From positions 118,856,001-118,920,000 of the forward strand of contig NC_045697.1 in NCBI RefSeq assembly GCF_009834535.1: a DNA stretch of 64,000 bases, given 5' to 3'. Positions 26,880-40,515 of the stretch are shown here, one piece after another. A program made the position numbers and the translations under genes. Under the pieces are notes generated by a model. The model did no database searches. It was given only the letters and a program-made list of their open reading frames with translations, and was not told the DNA's origin. The stretch is from Camelus ferus. Taxonomy: Eukaryota. The first letter of the stretch is position 1; each line of letters begins with the position of its first letter.

Positions 26880-27420
26880 CCCCACCAGCCCTCCCCGCCC
26901 GGCCCCACCCAGCCCCACTCTCCTTGTCCCACACTGCAGGAACCCCAGCCTGAGCTTCCCCTCTGTGGTCCAGCAGAGGCGGGGCAGGCATGCAAGCCTG
27001 GACGTCTGAGCCCACCCAGATCAGTGGAAACTGGGCAGGAGCCCGGTTCTCCTGGACCAGCTACCCATGGAGGAACACGGCCTCGGATCTGGGCCGCCTC
27101 TTTCTGTGGCCTCTGCTGCCTTCACCCAGCAGGTAAGGGGGCGCTGGTGGGGGCGTGCAGGTCAGGGAGCCTACGGGTGAGGCCTGGGCTGTGCAGCTGG
27201 GGAGACGCACAGGGAGGGGTGTGTGGGTGAGATCCAGGCCGCATGTCTTGTTAGGACCCTGAGGCGGGTCCGGTCCCCCGCCCTGGTTCGTGGTGCCCCA
27301 GCCCCCTCATTAGTAGTCTTTGCTGCCACTTATACCCGGGTTTGGGAAAGCGGGTGCAACTTCTGGAGGTGAGAGGCCGCCATACAGCCAGGGAGCACCT
27401 CCCACTGGCCCTCAGGTTGT
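26880..27420 (+). repeat. GC-rich first-exon-like cassette, copy 3 (donor CAG|GTAAGG at 27133)
   Basis: Paralogous to copies 1 and 2. Confidence 0.85.
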
Positions 27421-27559
27421 GGCCTTCCTGTGTAGGTGGACCAGCCTGGCCGGTGGAGGCCACCCTGGACCTTCTGTGTCACAGTTGACCTGAGGCAGAA
27501 TAAGGGGTGAGGCCTGGGCCTTTGGGAGCTGGTCACCCTGCCACCAAGATCAAAAGCTT

Positions 27560-28390
27560 TTGAGAAGTCTATTTTTAGTCTTTTGAGGAATGCCCCTACT
27601 GTTTCCCACAATGGCTGCACCAAACTGCATTCCCAGCAGCAGTGTCAGAGGCTTCCTTTTCTCCGCAGCCTCTCCAGCATTTCTCCTTTGTGGACTTTTG
27701 AATGACAGCCTTTCTGACTGGTGCGAGGTGATGTACTTCGTTGTAGTTTTGATTTGCATTTCTCTGATAAGTAGTGATACTGAGGATTTTTTTTCATATG
27801 CCTGTTGACCATTTGTATGTCTTCACTGGAGAAAGGTGTGTTTAGTTCTGACCATTTTTGGATTGGGTTGATGTTTGGTTATTCAGTTGTATGAGCTGTT
27901 TATATATTCTGGAAATTAACCCCTTGTCAGTCTCATCTTTTGCGAATATTTTCTCCCATCTCATAGGTTGTCCTTTTGTGTTGCTTATGGTTTCCTTTGC
28001 TGTGCAAAAGCTGATGAATTCAGTTTGGTCCCATTGGTTTGTGTATCTGTGCCTTCATGTCTGTTTGCTGGGGTGGACTGCCCTAGGAGAGTGTTGCTGA
28101 CGTGTGTGTCAGATGTTTTGCGTATGTGTTCTTGAAAGAGGCGTGTAATGTCTTGTCTTATGTTTAAGTCCTAAAGCTGATTTTGAATTTATTTTTGTGC
28201 ACGGTGTGAGGGAGTCTCCTAATTTCACTGATTTCCATGCAGCTGTCCCGTTTCCCCTGTGTCATTTGCTGAAGAGACTGTCTTTACTCCACTCTATGTT
28301 GTTCCTGCCTTGTTTATCGAAGATGAATTGACCAGAAGTTTGTGGGTTTTCTCTCTGGACCCTATATTCTGTTCCCTTGATCCGATGTCT
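27560..28390 (-). mobile_element. LINE-1 ORF2 fragment
   Basis: MQIKTT and QPLWETV motifs on the minus strand. Confidence 0.85.
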
Positions 28391-28719
28391 GTTCCCTCAC
28401 CGCCCCCCCAACTTTTCCAGTTTTATTAGGTAGAATTATTACAGTGCAACTGCACATACACGTTATATTGCATATAGATATGTATATACAGTATACTGCA
28501 CTTTTTTTTTTTAGTTTACATAAATGTACTACTTACCATTTCTAAGAAGAGATTAGGTTTTTCAACTTGCATATTTATCAAAGGACTAAAGCCAACTCAA
28601 AATAAGAATCAACAGAATATGGTAATACGATCATAAAGGACAGTCAGATGTGCTTACACATATTGAAGAAATCAAAATGAAAACTAGTCCTTTTGTAGCC
28701 TTATTATTATTGTTATAAT

Positions 28720-30667
28720 TGTTTTGATTCCTCATATAAATAATAACATATGGCATTTTTCTTTCTCTTTCCGGCCCACTTCACTTAGAATGACAGTCTT
28801 CAGGTCCATCCATGTTGCTGCAAGTGGCATGGTTTTATGGCTGAGTAGTGTTCCATTGTATATATGTACCACGGTTTCTTTATCTAGGCATCTGTCGATG
28901 GACATTTGGGTTGTTTCCATGTCTTGGCTGTCGTAAATAGTGCTGCTGTGAACATTGGGGTGCATGTGTGTTATTGAATTTTATTTTTCTCTGGATATGT
29001 TCCCAGGAGTGGGATTGCTGGATAATGTGGTAGGTCTGTTTTCATTTTTTTAAGGAACCTCCATACTGTCCTCCAACGTGGCTGCACCAATCTACACTCA
29101 CACCCACAATGTCGAAGGGTTCCCTTTTCTCCACCCCCTCTTCAGCATCTGTCACTTGTAGACTTCTCAATGGTGGCCATTCTGGCTGGTGTAAGGTGAT
29201 ATCGCATTGTAGTTTTGATCTGCATTTCTCTGACAATGAGTGATGCTGAGCATTTTTTTTCATGTGCCCTATTGGCCATTTGAATGTCTTCTGTGGCGAA
29301 TTGTTTGTTTAGGTCTTCTGCCCATTTTTGGATTGGGTTGCTTGTTTCTTTGCTATGAAGGTGTATGAGCTGTTTGTATGTTTTGAAAATTGGTCTCCTG
29401 TCAGTCATATCATTTGCAAAGGTTTTCTCCCATTCTGTAGATTGTCTTTTCGTTTCGTGGATGGTATCCTTAGTTGTGCAGAAGTCTGAGTTTAATTAGA
29501 TCCCACTTGCTTATTTTTGCTTTTATTTCCAGTAGTCCAGGAGCTGGTTTAAAAAATACACTGCATTAATGTATGTCCATGAGTGTTGTGCCTGTGTTTT
29601 CCCCTAGGAGTTTTACAGTATCTGGTTGTACATTGAGGTCTTTAATCCATTTTGAGTTTATTTTTGTACATGATGTTGGAGAATGTTCTAATGTCAGTCT
29701 TTTACAGGTAGCTGTCTGGCTTTCCCAGCACCACTTATTGAAGAGACTGTCTTTCCTCCACTGTGTGTTCTTGCCTCCTTCATCATGGGTTAATTGACCA
29801 CACGTGTGTGGGTTTATTTCTGGACTTTCTATCCTGTTCCATTGATCCCATATGTCTGTTTTTGTACCAATAACGTGCTGTTTTGATTATAACTCTGTAG
29901 TATTGTCTGAAGCCTGGGAGGGTTATTCCTCCAGCTTCGTTCTTTTTCTTCAATAATGCTTTGGTAACTTCAGGTCTTCTGTGATTCCATATAAATTTTA
30001 GGATGGTTTGTTGTAGTTCTGTGAAAAAATGTCCTGGGTAATGTGATAGGGATAGCATTAAGTCTGTAGGTCGCTTTGGGCAGCGTGGCCATTTTGACAT
30101 TATGGATTCTTCCAGTGCAAGAACACGGGATGTCTTTCCATTTCTTTAAGTCCTCTTTCATTTCCTTAGTCAGGGTTTTGTGGGTCTCCACATAAGAATT
30201 CTTTCACTTCCTGGGCCAGATGTATTCTTAAGTATTTTATTTTTTGGATGCGGTTTTAAAAGGGATTATTACTTTCGTGTAAAGAAATGCCACTGATTTC
30301 TTTATGTTGATACTGTCTTCTGCTGCCTGGCTGAGTTGTTCGATTAGCTCTAGTTGTTTTTATGCAGAGGCTTTAGGGTTTTCTATATATAGTTTCATGT
30401 CATCCACATATAATGACAATGTTACCTCTTCTCTTCCAATTTAGATCCCTTTATATTTCCTTCTGTTGTCTAATTGCTGTGGCTAGGACTTCCACTACTT
30501 TCTATGTTGAATAGAAGTGATGAGAGAGGCCATCCTTGTCTTGTTCCCAATTTTAGCGGAAAGACTTTCAGCTTTTTGCTGAGGAGTGTTATGCTGGCTG
30601 TAAGTTTGTCATAAATAGCTTTTATTATGTTGAGATATGTTCCATCTCTACCCACTTTAGTAAGAAC
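28720..30667 (-). mobile_element. 5'-truncated LINE-1
   Basis: ORF remnants [32 protein letters not shown]. Confidence 0.9.
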
Positions 30668-30985
30668 TTGGGCTCATGTGGTCAGGGGGCTTGGGACGAA
30701 GGTAGAGGTAGCAGTGGTGGGAGGAGGAGGGCTGCCCCTTGGGAGCCAGTCATTTGCTCCCATCTTCCCCATGGCCTGACCTGGGAGTGGCCTCTGCTGC
30801 CCCAGGTTCAGTGCACCCATGTCTTTAGGTCAGTGTGCTCCCAGGAGGCTGGCGTGGTGTGGTAAGCGGGTGGGGGCAGCAGTGGCAGGAGTGGGGCTGT
30901 CCTGTGCAGGTCCTTGTGTGTACTCCCATCTCCCCAGTGGCCTGGCTTGGGGGCAGCCTCTGCTGCCTCAGGTTTGCAGGACTGA
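30668..30985. repeat. GC-rich monomer repeats, third block
   Basis: CCTCTGCTGCC(C/T)CAGGTT at ~30791 and 30957; same L1 junction as at 25582. Confidence 0.75.
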
Positions 30986-30989
30986 TATG

Positions 30990-31325
30990 TGTAGAAACAG
31001 ACTCATAGATATAGAATACAAACTTGTGATTGCCAAGGGGGAGTGGGGTGGGAAGGGACAGACTGAAAGTTCGATATTTGTAGATACTGGCAGGTGTATG
31101 TAGAATAGATAAACAAGATTATACTGTATAGCACAGGGAAATATATACAAGATCTTGTGGTAGCTCACAGTAAAAAAAAATGCGACAATGAATATATGTA
31201 TGTTCATGTATAACTGAAAAATTGTGCTCTACACTGGAGTTTGACACAACATTATAAAATGACTATAACTCAATTTAAAAAAGTAAAAACAAAAAGAATA
31301 GGCAGACAAAAAAAGAATAAAATAA
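30990..31325 (+). mobile_element. Young LINE-1 3' UTR with A-rich tail
   Basis: Near-identical to L1 tail at 40070-40350 (ACAAACTTGTG.TTGCCAAGGGG...AAAATTGTGCT.TACACTGG). Confidence 0.85.
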
Positions 31326-33149
31326 ACCTAATCACACTCCCCCACAAAAATAATAATTAAAAAAGATTTTACGGAGCAACAAAAATCACAAGCAGGAGTG
31401 ACCTGCAAAGATTACAAAGTCTTACAAAGTTCTTATTTCCAGGTCCCTGTGTTTTAATTCGTGATTCTCTTACAAAATAATAAGTAATTGGAAGCCTCCT
31501 TTGATTTCTGTCTTTCTTTTTTATGTCTGAATATGAGACTTAGAAAATCTCCCACTTCTTTCCTCTAGCTAGATCTGAAGTGGCCCATCTTCCTAGGGCA
31601 CACACAAAAGTTGTACTATTTTAAAAATCCCACTCAGTAGGTCTCCTGACTAGCAACAGAGTCACAGGTTATCCCCCCTTAAGTGCCCTCTGGGGCATTT
31701 AATCTAGACAGAGATAAGTTCAACACTTGGCACAGAGCGTCTATTCAGAGAGAAGCCAAAAACTGAAAAGAATTTTTTTTAGAAATAATAAGATACTAAG
31801 TTCCTATCTTCTTTCATGATGAGTTATTATAGAAAAATAACTGCATAATTTAAAAAGTAAGAATCTAATTTTCAAATAGGTGAAATTAACCTCCAGCTCT
31901 CACAAAAACATACTTCAAATACAGTTTAGCTGAATGTATTTCCAGGGCCACTGAGCTTAGAATCCACACCTTTGATGAAATTTAAAGTGTGATTGAAAAT
32001 TAAAAGGATTGTGGTGGTTGAATGGAAACATTTATAGATTTTACTATGAAAAGTTTTATTTTCTGTTGTATAAATAGACCAGTAGACATATGCTGGAGAT
32101 GCCAGTCAATGTTTTGCATCCACCACTCCCATCCTGGCTCCTGCTCAAAAGGTGGACCTAGGTAACTGTTCTTGGAACTAGTGGCCCTGACTTCCCAGTG
32201 TTAAGAGTAATGCAAGCCTGTATCTCACTCTAGTTGGGAATGTTCTTCCTAAATGTATACTGGCTCATTGAGCAAATAAGCTAGTATTAACTCCATTGAA
32301 TGTTTACGATTATAAAAAGTGTAAATTTGTGCTCAACCAAATCGAATTATTATTCTGATTTCCAAGAGTAGTTACATTTTATAGTTTGTTAGCTTGAAGA
32401 CTATATTTAGGTAACTTAAACCTTAGACTTAAATTAATTCTCGGGTATTCATTGGATGCCTAAATCATTTCTAAGATATGACAATGAAACATTGGTTACT
32501 AAGCATACTTTTCAGTTTATATGCTTTTGTTTTATATTTTAAATGCTAAAAAGAGGCTATTTCTTTGGGTCTGTTAATTAATGTGCTTATTTTTGCAACT
32601 TTGAGAAGCCCTTAGAAGCTGTAGAAAGTTGTGTTACATGCATTCATAAGCTTTGCTCATCTGCTAAAAAGTCAGTGTATATCATAAAATTCACAATTAC
32701 TTACCCTCTAGTTTTTTGTGAAATAAAAGCTATTTTGGTTAAAAGTTACTGTTAATACAAATGATTGCAACCATATACTTTGGAGCAATAGTTTCAGAGA
32801 AATACAACTACTATGCACGTGCTTTTGTTTTTCAAGGAAAATAGTTCTTTCCTAACGCAGCCATTCTCAGGGCTTTTGATCTACAAACTCCTCTGTACCA
32901 CATTTCCACCAGCAATGTATGGGTGATATATTTTCTCTGTATCTTTACCGGCATTTGGTGTTATCATTATTTGTTATTTTAGCCGTTCTGCTAGGTGTGA
33001 AGTGATATCTCATCATAGTTTTGGCTTCTATTTCTCTAAGGGCTAATGCTTTTGAACATCTTTTGATGTGCTAATTTGCCTTCTGTATAACTTCTTCAGT
33101 GAAATGTCTCTTCATTTTTTGTGTATATATATATATATTTTTTTTTTTA

Positions 33150-33395
33150 ACTGAAGTATATAGTCAGTTTACAATGTTGTGTCAATTTCTGGTGTACAGC
33201 ACAGTGCTTCAGTTATACATGAACATACATATATTTGTTTTCATATTCCTTGTCACAATAAGTTACTGCAAGATATTGAATATAGTTCCCTGTGCCTATA
33301 CAGTATAAGCTTGTTGTTTATCTAATTTATATATATTAGTTAGTATCTGCGAATCTCTCAAACTCCCAACTTACCCCTTCCCACCCCGTTCCCCC
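33150..33395 (-). mobile_element. Short LINE-1 3' UTR insertion
   Basis: Reverse complement of tail seen at 55130-55355; poly-T on + strand. Confidence 0.8.
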
Positions 33396-35289
33396 ATTCA
33401 AGGCCCAAATGTTAAGAGAGTCCTGTCTCTTTGGCATCTTTTGTCCTCTGGCAGCATCTCTTTTCTCCACTCTATTCAGCATAGCATGTCCTGTTCTAGC
33501 ACACCAAATCCAACAGAGGGAATTTTAGGTATAAACGGTATGTATTGGCATATTTGAGACATAACACTAACATGGCTTTAAATTGTAGCATTGTGTATCT
33601 GGGAACATGGTTAAAGCGGTAATTCCTTCTAGTGTGTTCTTGACACTGCTCACCTTATCCTCCTCTTTATTAAAAAGCCATTAGATTGCCCTTTCTCCAA
33701 TGAGGCTCTGAACCTTAGTTGCACGTTCTTCCGGATTAGAATACCTAACACATGAACGCAGAGCTCACTATATGTCAGGCACTGTATTAAACACCCTACA
33801 TGCACTGTCTCATTTAACTTCTTATGGCATCATTATAAGAACATTACACAAATATAAAATTGGGATAATAACAGAAAGATGAGAAAGCTAATTTCAAAGA
33901 AGTTAGATAACTTGCCTACATTCACACGACTAGTAAGTTTTTGAGCCTGCACGAGGCTTGCCTGACTCTCCAACTTACTCCCTTACCAGTACATTAATCC
34001 TACATTATGCCATCAATTCCAGAACTAGCTGTTTGTTTTAGCCTGTTAGTATTTGAAGAACAGACCTTTGTCATTTGGCCATCGTTTAAGCACTGCTCCC
34101 TGCCTAACCCAGCTAATGTCCCCACAGCTCAGTTTCCAGGCAGCCTAGCCTGTCTTTTCTGTAGCTTGTCTCTCCTCTAGATCTCGCTCAATATCTGTTT
34201 CTCTGTCCCTGCTGTTAGATTAGTGGATTCAGACATTCTGTTTCCTCTCCCTCCTTTCCCCTGTCTTTCCTCTATAATTTTCCTTACAAGATTCTCATAC
34301 AGTTTTCATATGCTCATAAGACAGACTCATTCACAGTATTAATGTGTATGTTAAAAAAGACAGTTGCCATTTTGGAGGCAATTTTATTTATTGCTTTTCT
34401 TGCTACTTATTGTTTTCCTTAAACTATTATCAGACTTAAGATTCATCCATTTATATATTCAGTATATTTTTAGGGTTTCCAAACCAGAACCCAATTTATT
34501 TACCTATCATTCCAGAGTGAAGAAATATTCTGAATATTATGTAAGTGTTATATTCTATTAACAATGCCAATATTGAATAAATATTTATTCTTAAGTATTT
34601 ACTGAATGTTTATATGTCAGCAACTACCCTAGATAGTACTGATTACCCTTCCACACAAGCTTTTTTGGTGAAATAATTTTTTTAATGTTAAGTTTTCTCA
34701 ATATGATAATACCCAGGTTCATTTTAGAAAAATAAAAAATACAAACAAAAAAGAATTAGGAAATACATACCAACAACAATCACTTTCAATACTTTGAGGA
34801 CTATCTTTCCAAAGTTTTATCTGTATTTTTGAACTGTTGAATTTTTTTTCAGTTAACACTACATCATAAACATTCTTCTACATTAATGGTTGTTAAAGGT
34901 TGATGAGTTCTTTTTTGGGTGTACGATAGTTTTAAAATCATACTTTCAATGTTGGACTCTTAATCTGTTGCTAGTTTTTTTTTTTGATTACATGTGAAGA
35001 CCATGATGAACATCATTTAGGTATTTTTCTTTTCATATATCATAGGCAGGTTCCTTGAAGCCGCAGAAATTGTATTTCTACTGGGCTAGGGGACATTTTT
35101 CCAGCTCTCAAAGAATTATTACTCAATTGGTTAAAAGTCTGCAGACTATATACATTCAAAGGCAATCCCTTCTGTTTGAAATTCAGCAAAATCCAGAGTT
35201 TGTGCAAACCTTTAACTCTTGCAGAGTGTCTCCTTTATTTGGTACATACTGATAGAAAACTGGACATGGGTATACAAATATGAATAAAA

Positions 35290-36001
35290 GCCTGTGCAAG
35301 GCAGATAGCAAAACAGACTAGAACTAATAAACAAGTTTAGGAAGGTAATAAGAAGCAATATTTCTTATGAAAATCAATTGCATTTCTATATATTAGGTAC
35401 AAAAATATGAAAAGGAAATTACCAAAATAATTTCATTCACAATAGCTTTTTAAAAGAATAAAATACTTAGAAATAAACTGAACAAAGATGTGTAAGATCT
35501 ATATACCAAAAACTATAAAATATTGCTAAGAGAAATTAGAGATCTAAATAAATGGAGAAATAGATTTTCATGGATCAAGAGATTTCATATTATCAAGAAG
35601 GCAACTTTCCTCAAACTGATCTAAAAGTTCAATGCAGTCCTTATAAAACTTCTAGCCGATTTCTTTTGGGTAGAAACTGACCACCGATCCTAAAATTCAT
35701 ATGGAAATGCAAAGGATGCATAATAGTCTAAGCGGTTTGGCAAAAGAATAAAGCTGGAGAACTTTCACTACCTGATTTCAAATTTTACTGTAACACGTAT
35801 TAATCTAAACATTGGGCTTCTTGGAAAAGGATAGGAGCACAGTTCAATGGTGAAGAATTAAAAATCCAGAAATAGAACCTTACTTTTTATTATGAATTTA
35901 TTTTTAACAATGGTCCCAAGACAATTCAATGGGAAGACTAACCTTTTTTTTTTAATCAAGAAAAGGTGCTGGAGTAAATGGACACCCACCAGAAAAGCAA
36001 C

Positions 36002-36052
<51 letters not shown>

Positions 36053-37100
36053 CCCCAAAGAAATAGAAACTTATATCAGACTAGAAAAAAATGAACTAAA
36101 ACTTGATCATAGATCCAGATGTAAAAAACAACTTTACATTTCTCAAAGGAAACATAGGAGAAAATCTCCATAACCTCTTAATATAACATCAAAAGCATGA
36201 TGTATACAAGAAAAAAATTGGTAAATTAGACTTGATCAAAATTAAAAACTCTTGCTCTTCAAAATCCCTGTTAAAAGAATGAAAAGACAAGCCACAGACT
36301 TGGAGAAAATCCTGCAAATCACGTATCTGATAAAGAATAAAATCTTGTAATTTGCAACATCATGACTAGACCTAGAGGATATTACACTAAGTGAAATAAA
36401 ACAGAAAAGACATACTGTGTGATTACACATATTTGCAGAATCTAAAAAAATAAAACAAATGAACAAATATAACAAAACAGAAACAGAGTTATAGATACAG
36501 AGAACAAACACGTGATTGCCAGAAGGGAGAGTTTTGGGAGGAGGAAAGCAACAGGTGAGGAAGAATTAAGAGGTACAAACTTCCAGTTGCAAAACAAATG
36601 AGTATGAAGTGTACAGTGTGGGGAGTATAGTCAATCACTATGTGATAGATTTGTGTGGTGACACATGATAACTGCAGTTACCATTTTGAAATGTACAGAA
36701 ATACCGAATCACTCTGCTGTGTAACAGGAACTAACATAGCATTGTAGGTCAATTATACTTCAAAAACAAATACATAGAAAAAGAGATTAGATTTGTGGTT
36801 ACCAGAGGCAGGGGCTGGGGGGGCAGGGAACTGGATGATGGCAGTCAAAGGTACACACTCCCCAGTTATAAGATAATTATTACAGATGTAATGTATAATG
36901 TGATAAACATAATTAACACTACTGTATGTTACATATGAGACTTGTCAGAGTAAATCCTAAGAGTTCTTATCACAAGGAATTCTTTTCGTTTTTTAATTTT
37001 GTATCTATACAAGTTGATGGATGTTCATTAAATTTATTGTGATGATCATTTCATGATGTATGTAAGTCAACCCATTATGCTGTACACCTTAAACTTTTAA
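35290..37100 (+). mobile_element. Old LINE-1 ORF2/3' UTR fragments, with (CA)n at ~36003-36050
   Basis: L1 sense motifs (AAATACTTAG.AATAAA, AAATTCATATGGAA, ACACTAAGTGAAATAA, ATGCTGTACACCTTAAACTT). Confidence 0.75.
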
Positions 37101-38729
37101 AAAAAATTTATTAATAGATGAATTATTTTAGAGCAGTTTTAGGTTCACAGAAGAATTGAGCAGAAAATACAGTTTGCACATAGCCCTCCCCTCCCACACA
37201 TATATACTCCCCTACCCTCAGCATCTCTTATCAGTGTGGCATATTAGGTAAAACTGATGAACCAACATGGGCACATTATTATCAACCAAAGTCCATAGTT
37301 TACATTAGGGTTCACTCTTGATGTTGTACATTCTATGGGTTTTGACAAATGCATAATGACATGTAGCCACCACTATAGTATCATACAGAATAATTTCATT
37401 GCCCTAAAATCCATTGTGCTCCATCTATTCATTTCTTCCTCCTTCTCCTCAAACCCCTGGAAACCACGATCTTTTTATTGTTCCTGTAGCTGTGCCTTTT
37501 CCAGAAGGTCATTTGGTTGGAATCGTACAGTTTGTAGCCTCTTCAGACTGGCTTCTTTCATTCAGTAATACATCTTTTAAGTTTCTTCCATGTCTTTCAT
37601 GATTTGGTAGCTCATTTCTTTTTCTTTTTACTGCATATATATTTTTTAAATTTACATCTATGTACTGTTCGCTGTTTCTAAGAACGTTTAGAACTTTCTC
37701 TTTTTAAGCTTACATAGTTATCAAAGGAATAAAGCCAACCACAAAATAAGAATTAATTAAAAAAAGATACATACACCCTGCTATTAACAGCAGCATTATT
37801 TATAATTGCCAAGATATGGAAGCATCCTAAGTGCATGTCAATAGTTGAACAGATAGTGAAGATGCAGCATACATATATGTAATGGAATACAGCTCACCCG
37901 TAAGAAAGAAGGATATTTTGCCATTTGCTGCCCTTCTTTCACTTTTTTTTTTTCACTTCAAAAACCAGAATTTTATAACCGGCATAAACATTTCCATTAC
38001 ATGGAAAACAGCAAAATACCTAGAAATAAACTTAACCAAGGAGGTTACCTGTACTCTGAAAACCAAAATGACACAAAGAAATGGAAAGATTTCTTGTGCT
38101 CTTGGATTGGAAGAATCAGCACTATCATAATGGCCACACCACCCAAAGCAACCCACAGATCCAACGCAACCCCCATCAAAATATTCACGACATTCCTCAC
38201 AGAACTAGAACAAACAATTCCAAAATTCACAAGGAACCACAAAAGATCCCAAACAGCCAAAGCAATCTTTTGTAGGTCTTGTTTTTTACTCTTTCTTTTT
38301 TTGTTCTCTTTTTTGATGGCTTGATGACTAGAGAAGATCCTTTAACATTTGTTGTAAAGCTGGTTTGGTGGCGCTGAAATATTTTAGTTTTTGTTTATCT
38401 GTGAAGCTGTTGATTTCTCCATCAATGTAAACTTCAAACCTTAAAAAATGAAAAAGAGAGGAAGAATGGACTTCAGTTAATATTAATGTGTCACTATTGG
38501 CTCACCAATGGGCTATAGTAATATAAGATCTTAACATTAGGGGAAACTGGGTGAGAGGGATATGGGAACTCTTTGCATTGTCTTTGCAACTTTTTCATGT
38601 ATCTCAAACTATTCTAAAATAAAAAGTGTATTTAAATAAAAATAAAGAAGGAAATAAAAATGTACTGAAAATCACTGAATTGTCCTTTGTAATAAGTGAG
38701 CTTCATGGTATATAAATAACACCTCAGTA

Positions 38730-40348
38730 TTAAGTCATATGAGCTGCTTATATATTCTGGAGATCAAGCCTTTGTCAGTTTCATTTGAAAAAATTTTCTC
38801 CCATTCTGTAGGTTGTCTTTTTGTTTTACTTATGGTTTCCTTTGCTTTGTAGAAGCTTGTAAGTTTCATTAGGTCCCATTTGTTTATTCCTGCTTTTATT
38901 TCTATTGCTTGAGTAGACTGTTCTAGGAGAACATTTTTGAGATGTCAGATAATGTTTTGCCTGTATTTTCCTCTAGGAGGTTTATTGTATCTTGTCTTAT
39001 GTTTAAGTCTTTGATCCATTTTGAGTTTTTTTGTGTATGGTGTAAGGGAGTGTTCTAGCTTCATTCTTTTACATGCTGCTGTTCAGTTTTCCCAACACCA
39101 TTTGCTGAATAGACTGTCTTTATTCCATTGTATATTCTTGCCTCCTTTGTCAAAGATTAGTTGATCAAAAGTTTGTGGGTTCATTTCTGGGCTCTATTTT
39201 CTGTTCCATTGGTCTATATGCCTGTTCTTGTACCAATACCATGCTGTCTTGATGACTGTAGCTCTATAGTATTTTCTGAAGTCTGGGAGAGTTATTCCTC
39301 CAGCCTCTTTCTTTCTCTTCAGTAATGCTTTGGCAATTCTAGGTCTTTGATGGTTCCATATAAATTTTATTGTGATTTGTTCTAGTTCTGTGAAATATGT
39401 CCTGGGTAATTTGATAGGGATTGCATTAAATCTGTAGATTGCCTTGGGCAGTGTGACCGTTTTAACAATATTGATTCTTCCAATCCAAGAGCATGGGATA
39501 TCTTTCCATTTTTTAAAGTCTTCTTTAATTTCCTTCATCAATGGTTTATAGTTTTCTGTGTATAATTCTTTCATCTCCTTGGTTAGATTTATTCCTAGGT
39601 ACTTTATTACTTTGGGTGCTATTTTAAAGGGGATTGTTTCTTTACTTTTTTTCTGTTGATTCATCATTACTGTAAAGAAATGCAACTGATTTTTGAATGT
39701 TAATCTTGTAACCTGCTACCTTTCTGAATCCTGGGCATATATCCAGAAGGAACCCTACTTCAGGATGACACCTGCACCCCAGTGTTCATAGCAGCATTAT
39801 TTACAATAGCCAAGACGTGGAAACTGCCTAAATGTCCATCAACAGATGACTGGATAAAGAAGATGTGGTATGTTTATACAATGGAATACTACTCAGCCAT
39901 AAAAACCAACAACATAACGCCATTTGCAGCAACATGGTTGTTCTTGGAGACTTTCATTCTAAGTGAAGTTAGCCAGAAAGAGAAAGAAAAATACCATATG
40001 AGATCGCTCATATGTGGAATCTAAAAACAAAAACAAAACCAAAAACAAACAAAGCATAAATACAAAACAGAAATAGACTCACAGACATAGAATACAAACT
40101 TGTGGTTGCCAAGGGGGTGGGGTGGTGGGAAGAGAGACTGGGATTTCAAAATTGTAGAATAGGTAAACAGGATTATACTGTATATAGCACAGGGAAATTT
40201 ATACAAAATCTTATGGTAGCTCACAGAGAAAAAATGTGACAATGAATATATATATGTTCATGTATAACTGAAAAATTGTGCTGTACACTGGAATTTGATA
40301 CAACATTGTAAAATGATTATAAATCAATAAAAAGTGTTAATAAATAAA
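38730..40348 (+). mobile_element. 5'-inverted (twin-primed) young LINE-1 with TSD
   Basis: 38730-39729 is antisense ORF2 (163-aa ORF with [26 protein letters not shown]); 39730-40348 is the sense 3' end with tail; TSD TAAATAACA(C/A)CTCAGTA at 38713-38729 and 40349-40365. Confidence 0.9.
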
Positions 40349-40515
40349 TAAATAACAACTCAGTAGAGCTCTTTAAAGTTAATAAGGGCAGAATGGGATC
40401 AGGGATGGACTCGGGCAGGGTCAGGGCCCAGGCTCAGGGGCCACTCAGGGCTGGGTCAGGGCAGGGTCAGGTGGGGGGTCAGACAGTGGTCAGGCGGGGG
40501 TCAGCAACCTTGACA

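Noticed and set aside
31400..32860. Possible ERV internal sequence (also 13400-14900)
   Set aside because: Only a vague compositional resemblance; no LTR, PBS or ORF that I can support
39194..39685. 163-aa ORF as a host gene
   Set aside because: It is an L1 ORF2 fragment in the inverted part of a twin-primed insertion
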